Positions 10,242 to 21,700 of a DNA stretch of 64,000 bases are shown in pieces (position 1 is the first letter of the stretch; each line of letters begins with the position of its first letter). Position numbers and translations under genes: made by a program. This stretch comes from an uncultured Bacteroidota bacterium (lineage in GTDB: Bacteria; Bacteroidota; Bacteroidia; Bacteroidales; WCHB1-69), in assembly GCA_902796805.1 (NCBI GenBank), contig CADBQG010000040.1, positions 50 through 64,049 of the forward strand, read 5' to 3'. Under the pieces are notes generated by a model that was given only the letters and a program-made list of their open reading frames with translations, did not search any database and was not told where the DNA came from.

Positions 10242-10547
10242 TCAATCCACAATATCGAAAATCTCGTCCAACTTGGTCATCTTGAAAACCTGCATCACGT
10301 CGGGATTAACATTCTTGACTTTCATAGTTCCGCCCTGCGCGGCTACCTCTTTCCTGATCTTCAAGAATATTCTCAGCCCTGAACTGCTGATGAAAGGCAT
10401 GTCCTCGCAATCCAGCACGATGTTTCCGGCGGCGTTTTCGAGAACAGGAGCCACGGCATCTGAAATCTGCTGGGCAGCCACAGTGTCGAGCCGGCCGTTC
10501 AACTTGGCCACAATTCCTTTTTCCTCTTGGGTGATGATAATTTCCAT
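10242..10547 (-). CDS. STAS-domain anti-sigma-factor antagonist (SpoIIAA/RsbV-like)
   Basis: 101 aa. Conserved phospho-acceptor context DCEDMPFISSSGLRIFL. Lies 3 nt downstream of the phosphatase/kinase gene. Confidence 0.85.
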   Translation of the reverse strand: MEIIITQEEKGIVAKLNGRLDTVAAQQISDAVAPVLENAAGNIVLDCEDMPFISSSGLRIFLKIRKEVAAQGGTMKVKNVNPDVMQVFKMTKLDEIFDIVD

Positions 10548-10550
10548 AAC

Positions 10551-12605
10551 CTATATTTTTTTTGACATTAATAATGTATTCTGAAAATCATTGTACTCAT
10601 ATTCCAAGGCATCCATCACTTCTTTGATGATATGAATGCCAAGACCACCGATACTCCTCTCTTCGAGTTTGGAAGAGAGGTTAGACTCCTGATGGAGCAA
10701 TGGGTTAAATTGCTTACCTGAATCGCAAATCTTGAAATACAATGTACTGTCCGCCACCGAAGCCACAAGCGAGACAAGGCCGTCCTGGCTTTCGGGATAG
10801 GCGTACATGATTACGTTGGCAAGGGCTTCCTCTATGGCAAGGCTTATCTTCGGAAAGACACTCATTTCGAGTCCATTTTCTTCAAAGAAACCGCTCAAAA
10901 ACGGGTGAAGTTTGTCAAGTTCGGGTATTTTGTTGTGCAGCACAAGGCGACTGTTGTTTGAGAGGTATCGGATCGCGAGCAGTCCTATGTCGTCGCTTTG
11001 CTCGGCAGGCTGCGAAAACTTTTTGACCGCTGAATAGACTTTCTCAACCTGATCTTTTGCACACAAGTTTGTCACCTTCTCGACAGATTTCAATGTTTTG
11101 TCGTTTCCAAACATCTGTTTCTGCTCGTTTTCAGCTTCGCTAAGACCGTCAGTATAGAGGAAAATGCTGTCGCCGCTCTCTAATGACATGGCATGAGCAG
11201 AGTATTCATAATCCTCCTCAATACCGAGAATCAAGTCAGGTTCGGTGTCAAGGAATCGGGACATTCCATCACTTGTAACCAACGGAGGGTTGTGTCCGGC
11301 GTTGCAATAGAGAAGCCTGCCGTTCCCCAGGTCGATGCTGCCTATGAACATGGTTACAAACATCAGGTCGTTATTGTTATGACAGATGAACCTGTTGATT
11401 GAACGCATAATTATGTCGGGGGAGTCATTCCGGGTTGAAAGCGAGCGAAAGAGACTGTGCACTATGGCCATTAGCATTGCACCAGGCACGCCTTTGCCAG
11501 AAACGTCGCCGATACAGAACAGCAGTTTGTTGTCATTAACGCAGTAGTCGTAGATGTCGCCTCCCACAAATTTCGCGGGATTGAGCATTCCTGAAATATC
11601 TATATTCTTGTCATTCAAAGCTTTTTCTTGTGAAGGGATGAACGACATCTGAATTTTCCGCGCTATATCGAGTTCCCGTTCAATCTGCTGTTCTTTCACA
11701 TTCACCTCGTTAAGCATCACAAGGTTGTTGAACAGCTGGTATGCTATGTAGAGAAAGGCAATCATGCCAAGCAACGCCAAAATGCTGTATGTGAAAGTGG
11801 TTTTACGCAGCCGGCTGTACATGTCGGCGTCTTTAACATAAAGTCGAAGAACCATGTTTTTGTCTGGTATCTGCCGTTCGAAGATATGGAATTTCCCATT
11901 GCTTGAAGCAGGTGGCACAATATCCAGTCCCGACACTGTCTCAAGTGTGAAGAAGCTGTTCTCGTAGAAGTGTTCCTTCGTGAGAAAACTTGAAATTGTG
12001 TCGAGTGTTACGTCGGCGCTTATAAGCCCCACTTTACTGCCTTCCCTGTCGTATATCACGTGAGAGTATGTCATCATGAAGGATTTTGAAACGACACTGT
12101 CGAAATACGGGTCGCTCCAGTCGCCTGCGTCCTCCTTAAGTCCTTCGATATACCAATCCAAGACAGTGTAATCGTGCCCTACTGTCCCCAACTGACCAAC
12201 AGTCAAGCTATTGGAGTTGCCTTGAAAACTGGCGTAAGGCTGGAACCAGCGACCTTCGTCAGGATAGAAATATTCACTGAAGGCAATGCTTGCGCTTATT
12301 ATATTGGGACTTGACTCAACAGTATACCGCACTATGTCATACATTTTGTCGGGATTGTCGATTGAGCTTTCCGCGAACAGCCGCATAAGGTCAACTGTAG
12401 TCTCAACTTTTCCGAGACGTGAACGAATCAGTTTTTCAGTCTGAACAAGGCTTTTTTCCGCTCTTTCTTCAGAGTCGTGAAGTATTTCCTTCCTTACGTG
12501 GAAATAGTACAGGAGGCTTGCGGCCAGGAACACCGCAATCGTAACCACGACTTTCCAAAGTTTGTGGCGTACAAAACCTGACCTTATTTCCTCCTTCCAG
12601 GACAT
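10551..12605 (-). CDS. Membrane sensor PP2C (SpoIIE/RsbU-type) phosphatase with fused C-terminal RsbW/SpoIIAB-like HATPase domain
   Basis: 684 aa. TM helix (VVVTIAVFLAASLLYYF), a ~250-aa extracytoplasmic region, then a second TM (ILALLGMIAFLYIAYQLF). PP2C block (ISGMLNPAKFVGGDIYDY...IGDVSGKGVPGAMLMA...LYTDGLSEA...DDIGLLAI). C-terminal ~130 aa is GHKL-like (AIEEALANVIMYAY...GGLGIHIIKEVMDALEYEY). Confidence 0.8.
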   Translation of the reverse strand: MSWKEEIRSGFVRHKLWKVVVTIAVFLAASLLYYFHVRKEILHDSEERAEKSLVQTEKLIRSRLGKVETTVDLMRLFAESSIDNPDKMYDIVRYTVESSPNIISASIAFSEYFYPDEGRWFQPYASFQGNSNSLTVGQLGTVGHDYTVLDWYIEGLKEDAGDWSDPYFDSVVSKSFMMTYSHVIYDREGSKVGLISADVTLDTISSFLTKEHFYENSFFTLETVSGLDIVPPASSNGKFHIFERQIPDKNMVLRLYVKDADMYSRLRKTTFTYSILALLGMIAFLYIAYQLFNNLVMLNEVNVKEQQIERELDIARKIQMSFIPSQEKALNDKNIDISGMLNPAKFVGGDIYDYCVNDNKLLFCIGDVSGKGVPGAMLMAIVHSLFRSLSTRNDSPDIIMRSINRFICHNNNDLMFVTMFIGSIDLGNGRLLYCNAGHNPPLVTSDGMSRFLDTEPDLILGIEEDYEYSAHAMSLESGDSIFLYTDGLSEAENEQKQMFGNDKTLKSVEKVTNLCAKDQVEKVYSAVKKFSQPAEQSDDIGLLAIRYLSNNSRLVLHNKIPELDKLHPFLSGFFEENGLEMSVFPKISLAIEEALANVIMYAYPESQDGLVSLVASVADSTLYFKICDSGKQFNPLLHQESNLSSKLEERSIGGLGIHIIKEVMDALEYEYNDFQNTLLMSKKI

Positions 12606-12625
12606 TATTGCGTTCGCAATAGAAG

Positions 12626-13888
12626 TTACAGAGCCTGCCAGCCAATGTCTTTCCGGTGGAAGAGTCGTGGACCGTCAATCAAAGAGACTCCTTCGTAAGC
12701 GTCGGATCTCGCGTCGGCTATGGTTCTGCCCTTGCCGACGACAATCAGCACGCGGCCGCCGTTTGAAACGAGCCTGCCGCCATCTTCCTTCACCCCCATA
12801 TAGAATATCTGCTGAGACACTTCGCCTACACTTTCTAACGGAATGTTCTTTTCATAACTTCCTGGATAGCCTTCGGCTGCAAGCACAACGCCGAGATAGC
12901 ATTCTTCGTGAAATTCTGCAGACACATCCTTGTTGTCGAGGATATCGAGAATCAGTTGCAGGAGGTCCGATTTCAGTTTGGGGAGCACAACCTCGGTTTC
13001 AGGGTCTCCGAAGCGCGCGTTGAACTCAATAACCTTCGGGCCTTCGCTGGTAAGCATAAGGCCTCCGTAGAGCACGCCGCAGAAAGGGCGGTTCTCGGCA
13101 ATCATGGCCTCTGCTACGGGTTTCATTATAATTTCCAAGGCGGTGTCCACGGCTTCGTGCGGTATCACCGGAACAGGCGAATACGCTCCCATACCGCCGG
13201 TGTTAGGCCCTTTGTCGCCGTCATAGGCACGCTTGTGGTCCTGCGAAATAGCCAATGGCACTACCTGGCTCCCGTTAACCAACGCGAGAAGGGAGAACTC
13301 CGGCCCTTCGAGAAACTCCTCCATCACAACCTTGCCGTCACCGAACTTCCTTTCAAGGAGCATCTCCCGGAGTGCGTTGTCGGCCTCCTCCAAGGTCATT
13401 GCCACAACAACGCCCTTGCCGGCGGCAAGACCGTCGTATTTTATTACTATCGGCGCGCCTTTCCCGTCGAGATATTCCTTGGCGGCCTCATAGTCGCCGA
13501 ATGTCTTGTATTGCGCTGTAGGTATGTTGTACTTCAGCATAAGGTCCTTGGCGAACTGCTTGCTGCTTTCAATCATGGCAGCTGCGGCCGTTGGGGCGAA
13601 AATCCGTAACCCGGCAGCCGCGAACACCGTGGCGATGTCGTTGGTGAGCGCAGCCTCAGGGCCTACCACCGTCAAATCAACGCCGTTCTCTTTTGCAAAG
13701 CAGCACAGCCCCGCGGTGTCTGTCTCGTCTGTAGCAACGAGGTTCACAGTCGCGCCTGTCTCTCTGGTTATCGACTTCATCCCCGGATTGCCCGGTGCTA
13801 TGAAAATTTCCGGTTTAAGTGGTGATTGTGCAATCTTCCATGCAATAGCATGCTCGCGCCCGCCGCGCCCGATAATCAAAACCTTCAT
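12626..13888 (-). CDS. purD: Phosphoribosylamine-glycine ligase
   Basis: 420 aa. N-terminus MKVLIIGRGGREHAIAWK, ATP-grasp core, GGRVL near the C-terminus. Overlaps the upstream gene by 4 nt (ATGA). Confidence 0.93.
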   Translation of the reverse strand: MKVLIIGRGGREHAIAWKIAQSPLKPEIFIAPGNPGMKSITRETGATVNLVATDETDTAGLCCFAKENGVDLTVVGPEAALTNDIATVFAAAGLRIFAPTAAAAMIESSKQFAKDLMLKYNIPTAQYKTFGDYEAAKEYLDGKGAPIVIKYDGLAAGKGVVVAMTLEEADNALREMLLERKFGDGKVVMEEFLEGPEFSLLALVNGSQVVPLAISQDHKRAYDGDKGPNTGGMGAYSPVPVIPHEAVDTALEIIMKPVAEAMIAENRPFCGVLYGGLMLTSEGPKVIEFNARFGDPETEVVLPKLKSDLLQLILDILDNKDVSAEFHEECYLGVVLAAEGYPGSYEKNIPLESVGEVSQQIFYMGVKEDGGRLVSNGGRVLIVVGKGRTIADARSDAYEGVSLIDGPRLFHRKDIGWQAL

Positions 13889-15276
13889 TTCTGTTCGTTT
13901 AAAATGTATCCGTAATATCTTGTCATTACCTGCTCAACATAGTTGGCAGTGTGCTTTCCTGGATAATAGCCGCACTTCACCACCTCGTCGTTGTAGTAGT
14001 CTTTGTGCGATTTGAGTATCAGGTATTCAACCACCTGATCCCACTGCGTCTTGTCGTGTCCGTATTTCTCGCACAACGCCATTGCGTCCAGAATATGTCC
14101 CGGACCGGAATTGTAGGACCCTGACACAAAGTAGTACAGTTGCGATGTGTCCACCTTGTCTTTAAATATATTGCACAGGAATGAGATGTACTTGCCGCCC
14201 GCCCATATCTGATCCTCCACAGAGGATGTGTCCGAGATTCCGTACCGCTCCCCGGTTACAGGCATCATCTGCATAATGCCGAAACTGCCTCCGAAGCCTA
14301 TAAGGTCAGGGATGAACTTCGACTCCTGATATATTATAGATGAAATAAAATGCCAGTCGAAACCGAAGTGGCCGGCCACCTTCTTCAGGAGCGGATCATA
14401 CTGCGAGGTACTGTACTTCTGCTTTCCGAAAGAACGTGAAATCACGTATGAGTTCGGCGAGAGGTACTTCTTGCACAACGACTGGTATTTAGTCGTCTCC
14501 TTGAAATCAGCAATCCAGTTGTTGATAGAGTCGTTGAGCGATTTGTTGTTTTTGTTCAGTATCCACGTGCGCGGAAAGCTGTCGCCGATTTTTGGCCCTG
14601 CCGCAAGCTGGCTGTAGAAGGGCATCAGTGTAACAGCCACATTGTAGTTGCACACGGCGTAGTCAATCTGTCTGTCCACAAGCATTTCCATGAGATCTTC
14701 CACAGCATGGCGCGGATTGTGTTTCACAGACCATTCTTCCGGATTCTCCATTTCGCTGAAATCCAACTTGTTGTAGTATTTTGCAGAAGTGTTAACCACA
14801 TTTTCCCGCAAGGTGTCGTCTTTGCTGTGCTTTCTTGTGATAAGCACAGGATAAGTATATGACAACGGCTCCGACTCTATAATATACGTGCCTGAGAAGT
14901 TAGTCTTGTCAAAATCATAACACACGATGTCATATTCATCTGACATTGCGGTGACGAGCATGGTGTCGGGATCGGTCTCTATTGTTATCGACACCGGTCG
15001 CCCGAAGTCCTTTTCCATCTGTCGGAGAATGTCGTGTTGAAACCCGATTACCGAGCCCTGGTATATAAAATAGTCTGCAGCATGATAGAAAAGGCAAGCC
15101 GAAATGGTGTCGCTGTGCCTTTTTGCAATGCGCTTGTGCCGTATCTTCTCGACAATAGGGAGTTTTATGTCGGCATGACCGTAAGCAACCACAACAACGG
15201 CAAGTACTACCGACGCTATTATTAAAAAGATGGAACTATGGTGCTTTCGGTTCAAAAGGGCGTTATTGGTTAACAC
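13885..15276 (-). CDS. MltF-like membrane-bound lytic transglycosylase (solute-binding-like domain plus SLT domain)
   Basis: 463 aa. N-terminal TM anchor. SLT catalytic context IIYQESKF...GSFGIMQMMPVTG...SYNSGPGH. Confidence 0.8.
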   Translation of the reverse strand: MLTNNALLNRKHHSSIFLIIASVVLAVVVVAYGHADIKLPIVEKIRHKRIAKRHSDTISACLFYHAADYFIYQGSVIGFQHDILRQMEKDFGRPVSITIETDPDTMLVTAMSDEYDIVCYDFDKTNFSGTYIIESEPLSYTYPVLITRKHSKDDTLRENVVNTSAKYYNKLDFSEMENPEEWSVKHNPRHAVEDLMEMLVDRQIDYAVCNYNVAVTLMPFYSQLAAGPKIGDSFPRTWILNKNNKSLNDSINNWIADFKETTKYQSLCKKYLSPNSYVISRSFGKQKYSTSQYDPLLKKVAGHFGFDWHFISSIIYQESKFIPDLIGFGGSFGIMQMMPVTGERYGISDTSSVEDQIWAGGKYISFLCNIFKDKVDTSQLYYFVSGSYNSGPGHILDAMALCEKYGHDKTQWDQVVEYLILKSHKDYYNDEVVKCGYYPGKHTANYVEQVMTRYYGYILNEQK

Positions 15277-15284
15277 TGCGGTCT

Positions 15285-15707
15285 TTAGTTGACCCTGACA
15301 AGAAGCAGGCTTTTCTCGACCGTTTCACCTTCTTTCAATTCCACCTGTGTTGTTCCGGCCCAGTTAACGACTTCGATAACATTGCCGCTCTCGTCTCTTA
15401 CAGAATCGGTCTTGTTAGCGACAACCACGAGCAAAGCCGGCGTGGTGCGCGAGAATTCGTAAATTCCTTTGTCGTTGGCAAGAGTGTCGCTCAACAGATA
15501 TAACGCTGTATCAACTGTGCCGTTCTGATATTTCGAAACATCAAATTTCACTGTTGCATTGGGACATATTGTGTCAGGGTCCATACCGTTCAACGAATAA
15601 TAGCATGTAACTCTCATCTTACAGGTATGGTCTTTCTTGCACTGTGCAAAACAGAGCACTCCAAACACAAGCGCAACGGCAATAATTATGGTCTTTATAT
15701 TCTTCAT
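15285..15707 (-). CDS. Small lipoprotein, unknown function
   Basis: 140 aa. Signal peptide ending VLCFAQC. Lies directly downstream of sprA on the same strand. Confidence 0.6.
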   Translation of the reverse strand: MKNIKTIIIAVALVFGVLCFAQCKKDHTCKMRVTCYYSLNGMDPDTICPNATVKFDVSKYQNGTVDTALYLLSDTLANDKGIYEFSRTTPALLVVVANKTDSVRDESGNVIEVVNWAGTTQVELKEGETVEKSLLLVRVN

Positions 15708-15784
15708 AATCTTCTGTTTTTAAGACAACGGATTCGCAAAAATACAAAAAAAGTTAAGAAAACACATCCGTATGCACAATTTTG

Positions 15785-18700
15785 TTATTGTGACAACATG
15801 AGCTGAAGTTGCACACCGGTCTCGAAGTTCATGTTCTTGTACTGGTTCGACTTCTTCGGGTTGTTGATGGTCTGGTCATAGTAGAACTTGATGCCCACCA
15901 TTCTGCTGAACTGATAGTCGGCGGCTATATTTATGGTCATATTGGTTGCGCCGGCGGTTACTTCCGACATTTCCTCGGAAATTTTCCTCAGCGTTGTTGT
16001 GTTGTCTTTTAGTCCGAAGCCGGCGGTGAGGTTCAGGTCGCTCACAAACTGGCGCTTTGTTCCGGAGAACACAAGGCCTATCTTAATGTCTTTGAAGCGG
16101 TAGCCGGCAGACACAGAAACCTCCCTGGTATTGCTTTCGGTCAGCTGGGCATTTGTGAAACTCAAGGCTATGTTGCGGGTCTGCTTGTACTCGACTTTAA
16201 GAAGCATACTGTTCTTGAGGGTCATGTCGAAGCCGATGAACGGCGAGAACTGCTCGGTGAGCGCCATCTGGCTCAGCTCGTGGGCGGGGATGAAGTCGCC
16301 GAGCACATTGCGGCCGTCGGGATGGCCATCCTTTTCCTTGTACGAAACGTTTGTTGCGTAACCGCCGATGGTGTAGTTACATGTGTAGCTGTGGATAAGC
16401 GAGAATGTCTGGAATACTTTGTTCATTCCTTTTAACTTGGTGAGGCCATTGTAGTTCAGTCGCCAGTTGGGGAGAGGTATCTTTAGGAAAGGCGACGACA
16501 AGTCGGCTTTCTGCGGGTTCTTGTTCATGTATGTGGTGAAGAATGCGCCCATCAGGACATCCTGCGAGAGTGCGCTGTAGCCGTCCGGGAACCCTGTTTC
16601 AGGGTTGATGTTGCCGTTATAATTGGGGTTTTTACTAGCATATTTCGCGGCAAGTTCCGCACGGGCACTTCTGAAATCGTTGAAAAGTTCGTCGTGGTTC
16701 TTGAAGAATGTGCCAAGCGCGCAATACGACATGCTGAAGTTGCCGGAGCGCTGAGGCGTGTAGTGCGAAACATTGCCCGCCTTGTCAACGTGGAAATACT
16801 CGGAGAAGTTCTCGGTGAAGTTTCGGTTTGCGGAGACCTCAATGCGGAAGTCGCGGAACGGTTCCACTGTGGCCCTGAAGTTTATGACCTGGTTCTTAGT
16901 TCTCTGGTAGGCGGAGTTCATCAGCGAGTCTGTTGTCAGCCAGCCGTTACGCGCGCCTATGGCCTGTATATCGGGCTGGCCGCCGAACATAAACAGGAAT
17001 CCGGGGCCGCTGCTCTCCTTGGTATGCCCTACGAGCGTAGCCGAGTGCATGTAACCTGGCAGCACCGTACCTCTGCCTTGCGAGAAGTTGGCAGACACGT
17101 TTCTCACCGACATCAACAGCCGCAATGTTCCATCCAAAATCATCTTGCCCACCTGCGGCCTGTCCAACGAGTCGTTTTTAGACTTGTTGCGGTCGTCCTT
17201 GGACTTTTTCTTTTTGTCATCGTCAGACCTGCTGTTGCGGTCGTTTCTCTGGGCTGTGCCGCCGCCCTGATTTACTTTCTTCAGATATGGAACGGAATTG
17301 TACAACGTAACGAGGTTCAGCGAGGCGTTACCCTGTATCTGTTGCGAGTTCTGCACAGTGTTGCCGAGGTAAGCCAGCGACAACGCCGAGGCAGTGAACA
17401 TATATGTGGAGTTATACCTCACGTTCGCGTTGACGAATTTGAAGAGCGGTATTTTGTTTATCGGTATCTGATATGTGGCGCTGAAGTTCTGGCGGTAGTC
17501 CGTTGTGCGCCCGCCCTTGCCTATGCAGCGCCATACAGAGTCTTTCTCCAGACGAGTGTCAATACGGCCTTCCGGCTCGTCGATGCGCGCTGAGGCATTT
17601 GCCTTGAACTCGAGTTTCAGGCTCTGGAAGATGTCCCAGTTGAACGCGTAGTTTCTGGTCCAGTCGAAAGATTTAACATAGTTGGTGTCGATGATAATGT
17701 TGCCCTGGCTCTTCGGCCTGTACTTGAACTGCTGCATGTCGCGGTGAATGGTCGTGCGGAAGGATATATTCTTCGGCATCGGCGTGATATTGAAGTCACG
17801 GATAAGCTGCAGCCACTTGTTGCTGGTCCACTTCGCGCGCGCGAAGGGCTTGTAATTCTTCGGGTTGGTACTGAACGTGTACCCGATTTCACCATTGTGG
17901 ATGTATTCGTTGTTGAGCTCGAGATCTTCATTACGCTGCACAAGTTCGGAATAAGAGTACGAGAAGTCAAGGTTCTCCACATCCCACGGGCGCATCTTGA
18001 CGTTGCCCTTCGAGAAGTCCCTCTCCTTGCGCACGTTCATGAGATTGACGTTCTGCCGCTTTGTGACGGTGTTTGTCAGAAATCTCAAAGAGTCGCGTTG
18101 CTTGGCGCTTGTGTACTCCGCAAGCTCGTCGCGCATCTTGACGTCAGGGTTGAGGGGGTTGTATTCGGGCTGCACAACACCGAGAGAGTAATCGTAATGC
18201 ACCGGAATTTTTATGTTCCACCTTTCCGGGAACAGAAGCTTGCCGCCGTCGATATTGGTGGCGATGTCAAGGTTGAAGTTGGTCTCGTGCGTGCGCTGTG
18301 TTATCGACTGTTCAAGGGAGCCGAAGCCCGGCGTCGAGTATGTTGTTGACACCGACAAGTCGCCCACGTCGGCGATATTGGTTCTCGCCCGAAGCAACGC
18401 CGCAAAACCCTGACGGTCGTCGAAACCGTTGAGCCTCAATTCGTTGATCCAAAGTTCCACCGACTTGGGATTCATGTCGTCGTTGTCGTACTGGGAACGT
18501 TTCTTGGGATTTCTCACACCAATCATGATGGTTGTAACATCACCGAGGTTTGGATTGCCCACAACTGTCATCCTGTTTTCGCCATCCTCACGGAAGTAAG
18601 GTATGAAGTTGTTGGGATGGTAACCTTGTCTCACAGCCCTGTTCCTTTCCTGCTTCAGCGACACGAGTGAGTCGAGGGTGATGTACAATCTGTTGGCGGC

Positions 18701-21700
18701 GGGCCATATCGCGCTGGTGTCGCGGCCGCACGACCACGGAGTTATCTCTATGGGAATTTCGTATTCGTAGTAATTCTCCTTGAAATCCGAACCCAGACGC
18801 ACGAAGGCCGTAACGTCGCCCTTCTTCAGATCGCCTGACGAGAAGACGTCTTCTGCATGAATAAACATCTGAAGGTTGTTGAACTGGCGGAAGTCATAGG
18901 AGGTGCTCTTGTAAACCGCACGGGAGTCGCCGTCGGGCAGGTCCACCACTTTCAAGGTTGCCGACTGCTCGTTTTCCTGGTAAGTCTGAGCGGTCATACC
19001 GTAGGCGGTTTCACGCACGATGCCCGGTGGAAGCATGTAGGGTATGGGCACCCTGTTGCCGTTCTCCTCGATACTTACAGTCCCGACATAGAAAGAGCAA
19101 CCACCGTCATCCTGGTTAGGAAGATAGTCGCCGTCCTCCCTGAGACTCATGTTGTAAGTGCGCCAGTCACTGCGAACCAGTTCGAATGTGGCCAGACGGC
19201 ATATTATGGGTTCCTCGAAATCTTTCATGAACACACGCATGAAACGGATGGAGTTGAACCCCGACATGTTGTTTACTATCTTGTCGGGATTGTGGACGGG
19301 TATCCTGAACTGATACCATTTGGTCTCGGGACGGGAACCGTTTGGCAGGGGACTCGGATGCCCCACGTAGATGTCGTTAATATAGTTTTCGCCAACATTC
19401 ATCCTGTCGGGCGAAAGTTCGATTACGTACTGGTAGTATCTCTCGTCCTCGCTCAGCGTGTTGTCGTTGTTCATATCCTCCATGTTCGGAAGGTTAGATT
19501 CTCCGGTCGGGTAGTTTTCGGTAACCTGACTTCCGTCGGGTGAGTTGCCCTCAGAGTTGTTGTAGTACTTGTAACGGTCGTTAATCTTCACGTCTGCTTG
19601 GTCATAATCGGAGCCTCTGAAGTAGTGATAGTTGTCGGCGGAAGGGTCGTTCACCGCGTTCATGTAGGCCTGCGAGCCAGGTCCGAACGCCGCTGCCACG
19701 CGGTCGAGATAAACCTCCCTGAAGAAGTCCGTCTCCCTTGAGGTGGGAAGTCCGTCATAGCCGACATCCTGGTTCAGACGGGCGTTTTCATCCTGGTCGA
19801 AGGCGTTCACTATAAGTTGGGTATTGGGTACACGACCCCACACCGTGAAGTCCACATTCTCGTCGTTTCCGTTGGCAGGAAGGCCGTTTTCAAAGAATTT
19901 GCGGCCGTCCCTGAGAATATCCTCCGAGATGTCTCCGAGGTTGAAATAGAGTTTACCGCCCTTGTGGTTAGGATTGTCGATGAAAGGGTCCATCATCCAG
20001 AATTCGATGTACTCGTAGTTCGACGACTCGAAGTCGGTGTTGTCGAACTTCCTCATGATGCCGCCCCAACGGGTTTCCGGATCCCTGAGCGTGCCGTCCT
20101 CGTTAAGTCCCCTGGAGAACCCTTCGGATCCGTCGACATCATAGTTATAAGGACCTCTCTCCTCCGGATAGAATGCGATGTTGAAGACACTCATCAACGT
20201 TGAGAGCGACGTTGTGGGAATGTCCTTGTATGGGAAAAGTTCCGGTTCGTACACGGCTCGCGCATACGGCTGCGAAAGGTCGTCCTTCGAGATGTTTGAG
20301 GGCACAGAAGAACCGCCATTGTAAAACGACGACTCTATGATGTACCAGGCCAACCTCGCCCTGTTGAAGCCGTATGCCAACTGCCTGCGCTGCGAGGCAC
20401 TCGAAGAAACCGACATGGCCTCCGGGAAAAGATCTGGCTGGCCCTGCGGCGTCGAGGCGAGAACCCAGCTGCTCCTCGAAGAAAGGTCCACCGTGGACTT
20501 CGCCGACTCGAAATTGTCGATATACGTGGAACCGCTCTTTCCTATCGCCTTGTTGTGGCCAGGGATGAAATGCGCAAATTCGCCATCTATGTTGAGATAC
20601 GACTTTGTTGTGGTCTTGTGGAAACTCAACAAGTCAACGGCTTTTGTAAGGAACGGGAGTTCTGTCTTATAAGCGAAATTCATTCCCCAGATAAGGTTGT
20701 TGATGGGTTCGTCGCCGTAGTTCACCTTGTTGGTGTAGGGCTGCTCGCGCAGGTTGAGCAATGTTGCTCCGACAGTGAAATTCGGTGAGAAGAGGTAGTC
20801 GAGGTTCACACCGAACATCCTTTTTGTTGTCTCGTACTGGTTCTCGCCCTCAGAGGTTATCTGGATAGGCGTTCCCGACGCCAACACGCTTTGGTTTATG
20901 ATTGTTACAACCCCCATGTCGAGGTTAACGGTGTAGTCGACATTTTCAGTAAGTACCGTACCGCCGGCCGTCACCTTGATGGCTTTCACGGCACCGCCTC
21001 CAGTAAAATGGAACTCTGAACCGTAGGATGAACGATACGATCCCTCGATATAGAACTTGTTCTTGTTGGTAATCTGCTGTGCCATGGTTTTCGTCATGGT
21101 GTACAGAGAGTCGAAGGCATACTTGTCAGCCAACTCCGGCTCGTCAATCACGGCTCGCAAATCCTTGCCGAAAGGCTCAACCGTTGGGAAATATATCCTT
21201 CCGTTAGTCGAGTTAATGGTACCGCCGTTCGTTGCGGCAGCGTCTATGAAGTCGAAGATGCCGTCCGGAGAGGGGTCCAACTGCTGGTTCAGCCTGTCCA
21301 TGCCCATGAGACGAATCAACGGAATCCCCTTCTGAGCGCCCTGCGTGAAGAATCCGTTGGGCGTACCCTCGGCGTCGCCGGTGTAGAGGATGTTCAACCT
21401 AAACTTCTCTTTTGCAACCTGATAGGCCGAAAGACTGTACACATTCTTCATCATGAGCTTCCAGAGAGGCGACTTTGTGTTAAGCGTAGAACTCTTCAAG
21501 AGTTTCACCCTGATACAGTTTGGCGTCGCCACCTCGTTCGAGAACTCACCGACCTGGTAGACATTCGTGTCGCCTATCACAGTGTATTGGAAAGCCACGG
21601 CAAGCACCTGGTCGGAAGCAAGAGCCGAATTGAGTGATATGAAGCCTAACTTAGTGTTCAGCGTATACTCGTTGGGGTTGAGAAGCCTGGCACTCTCTAC

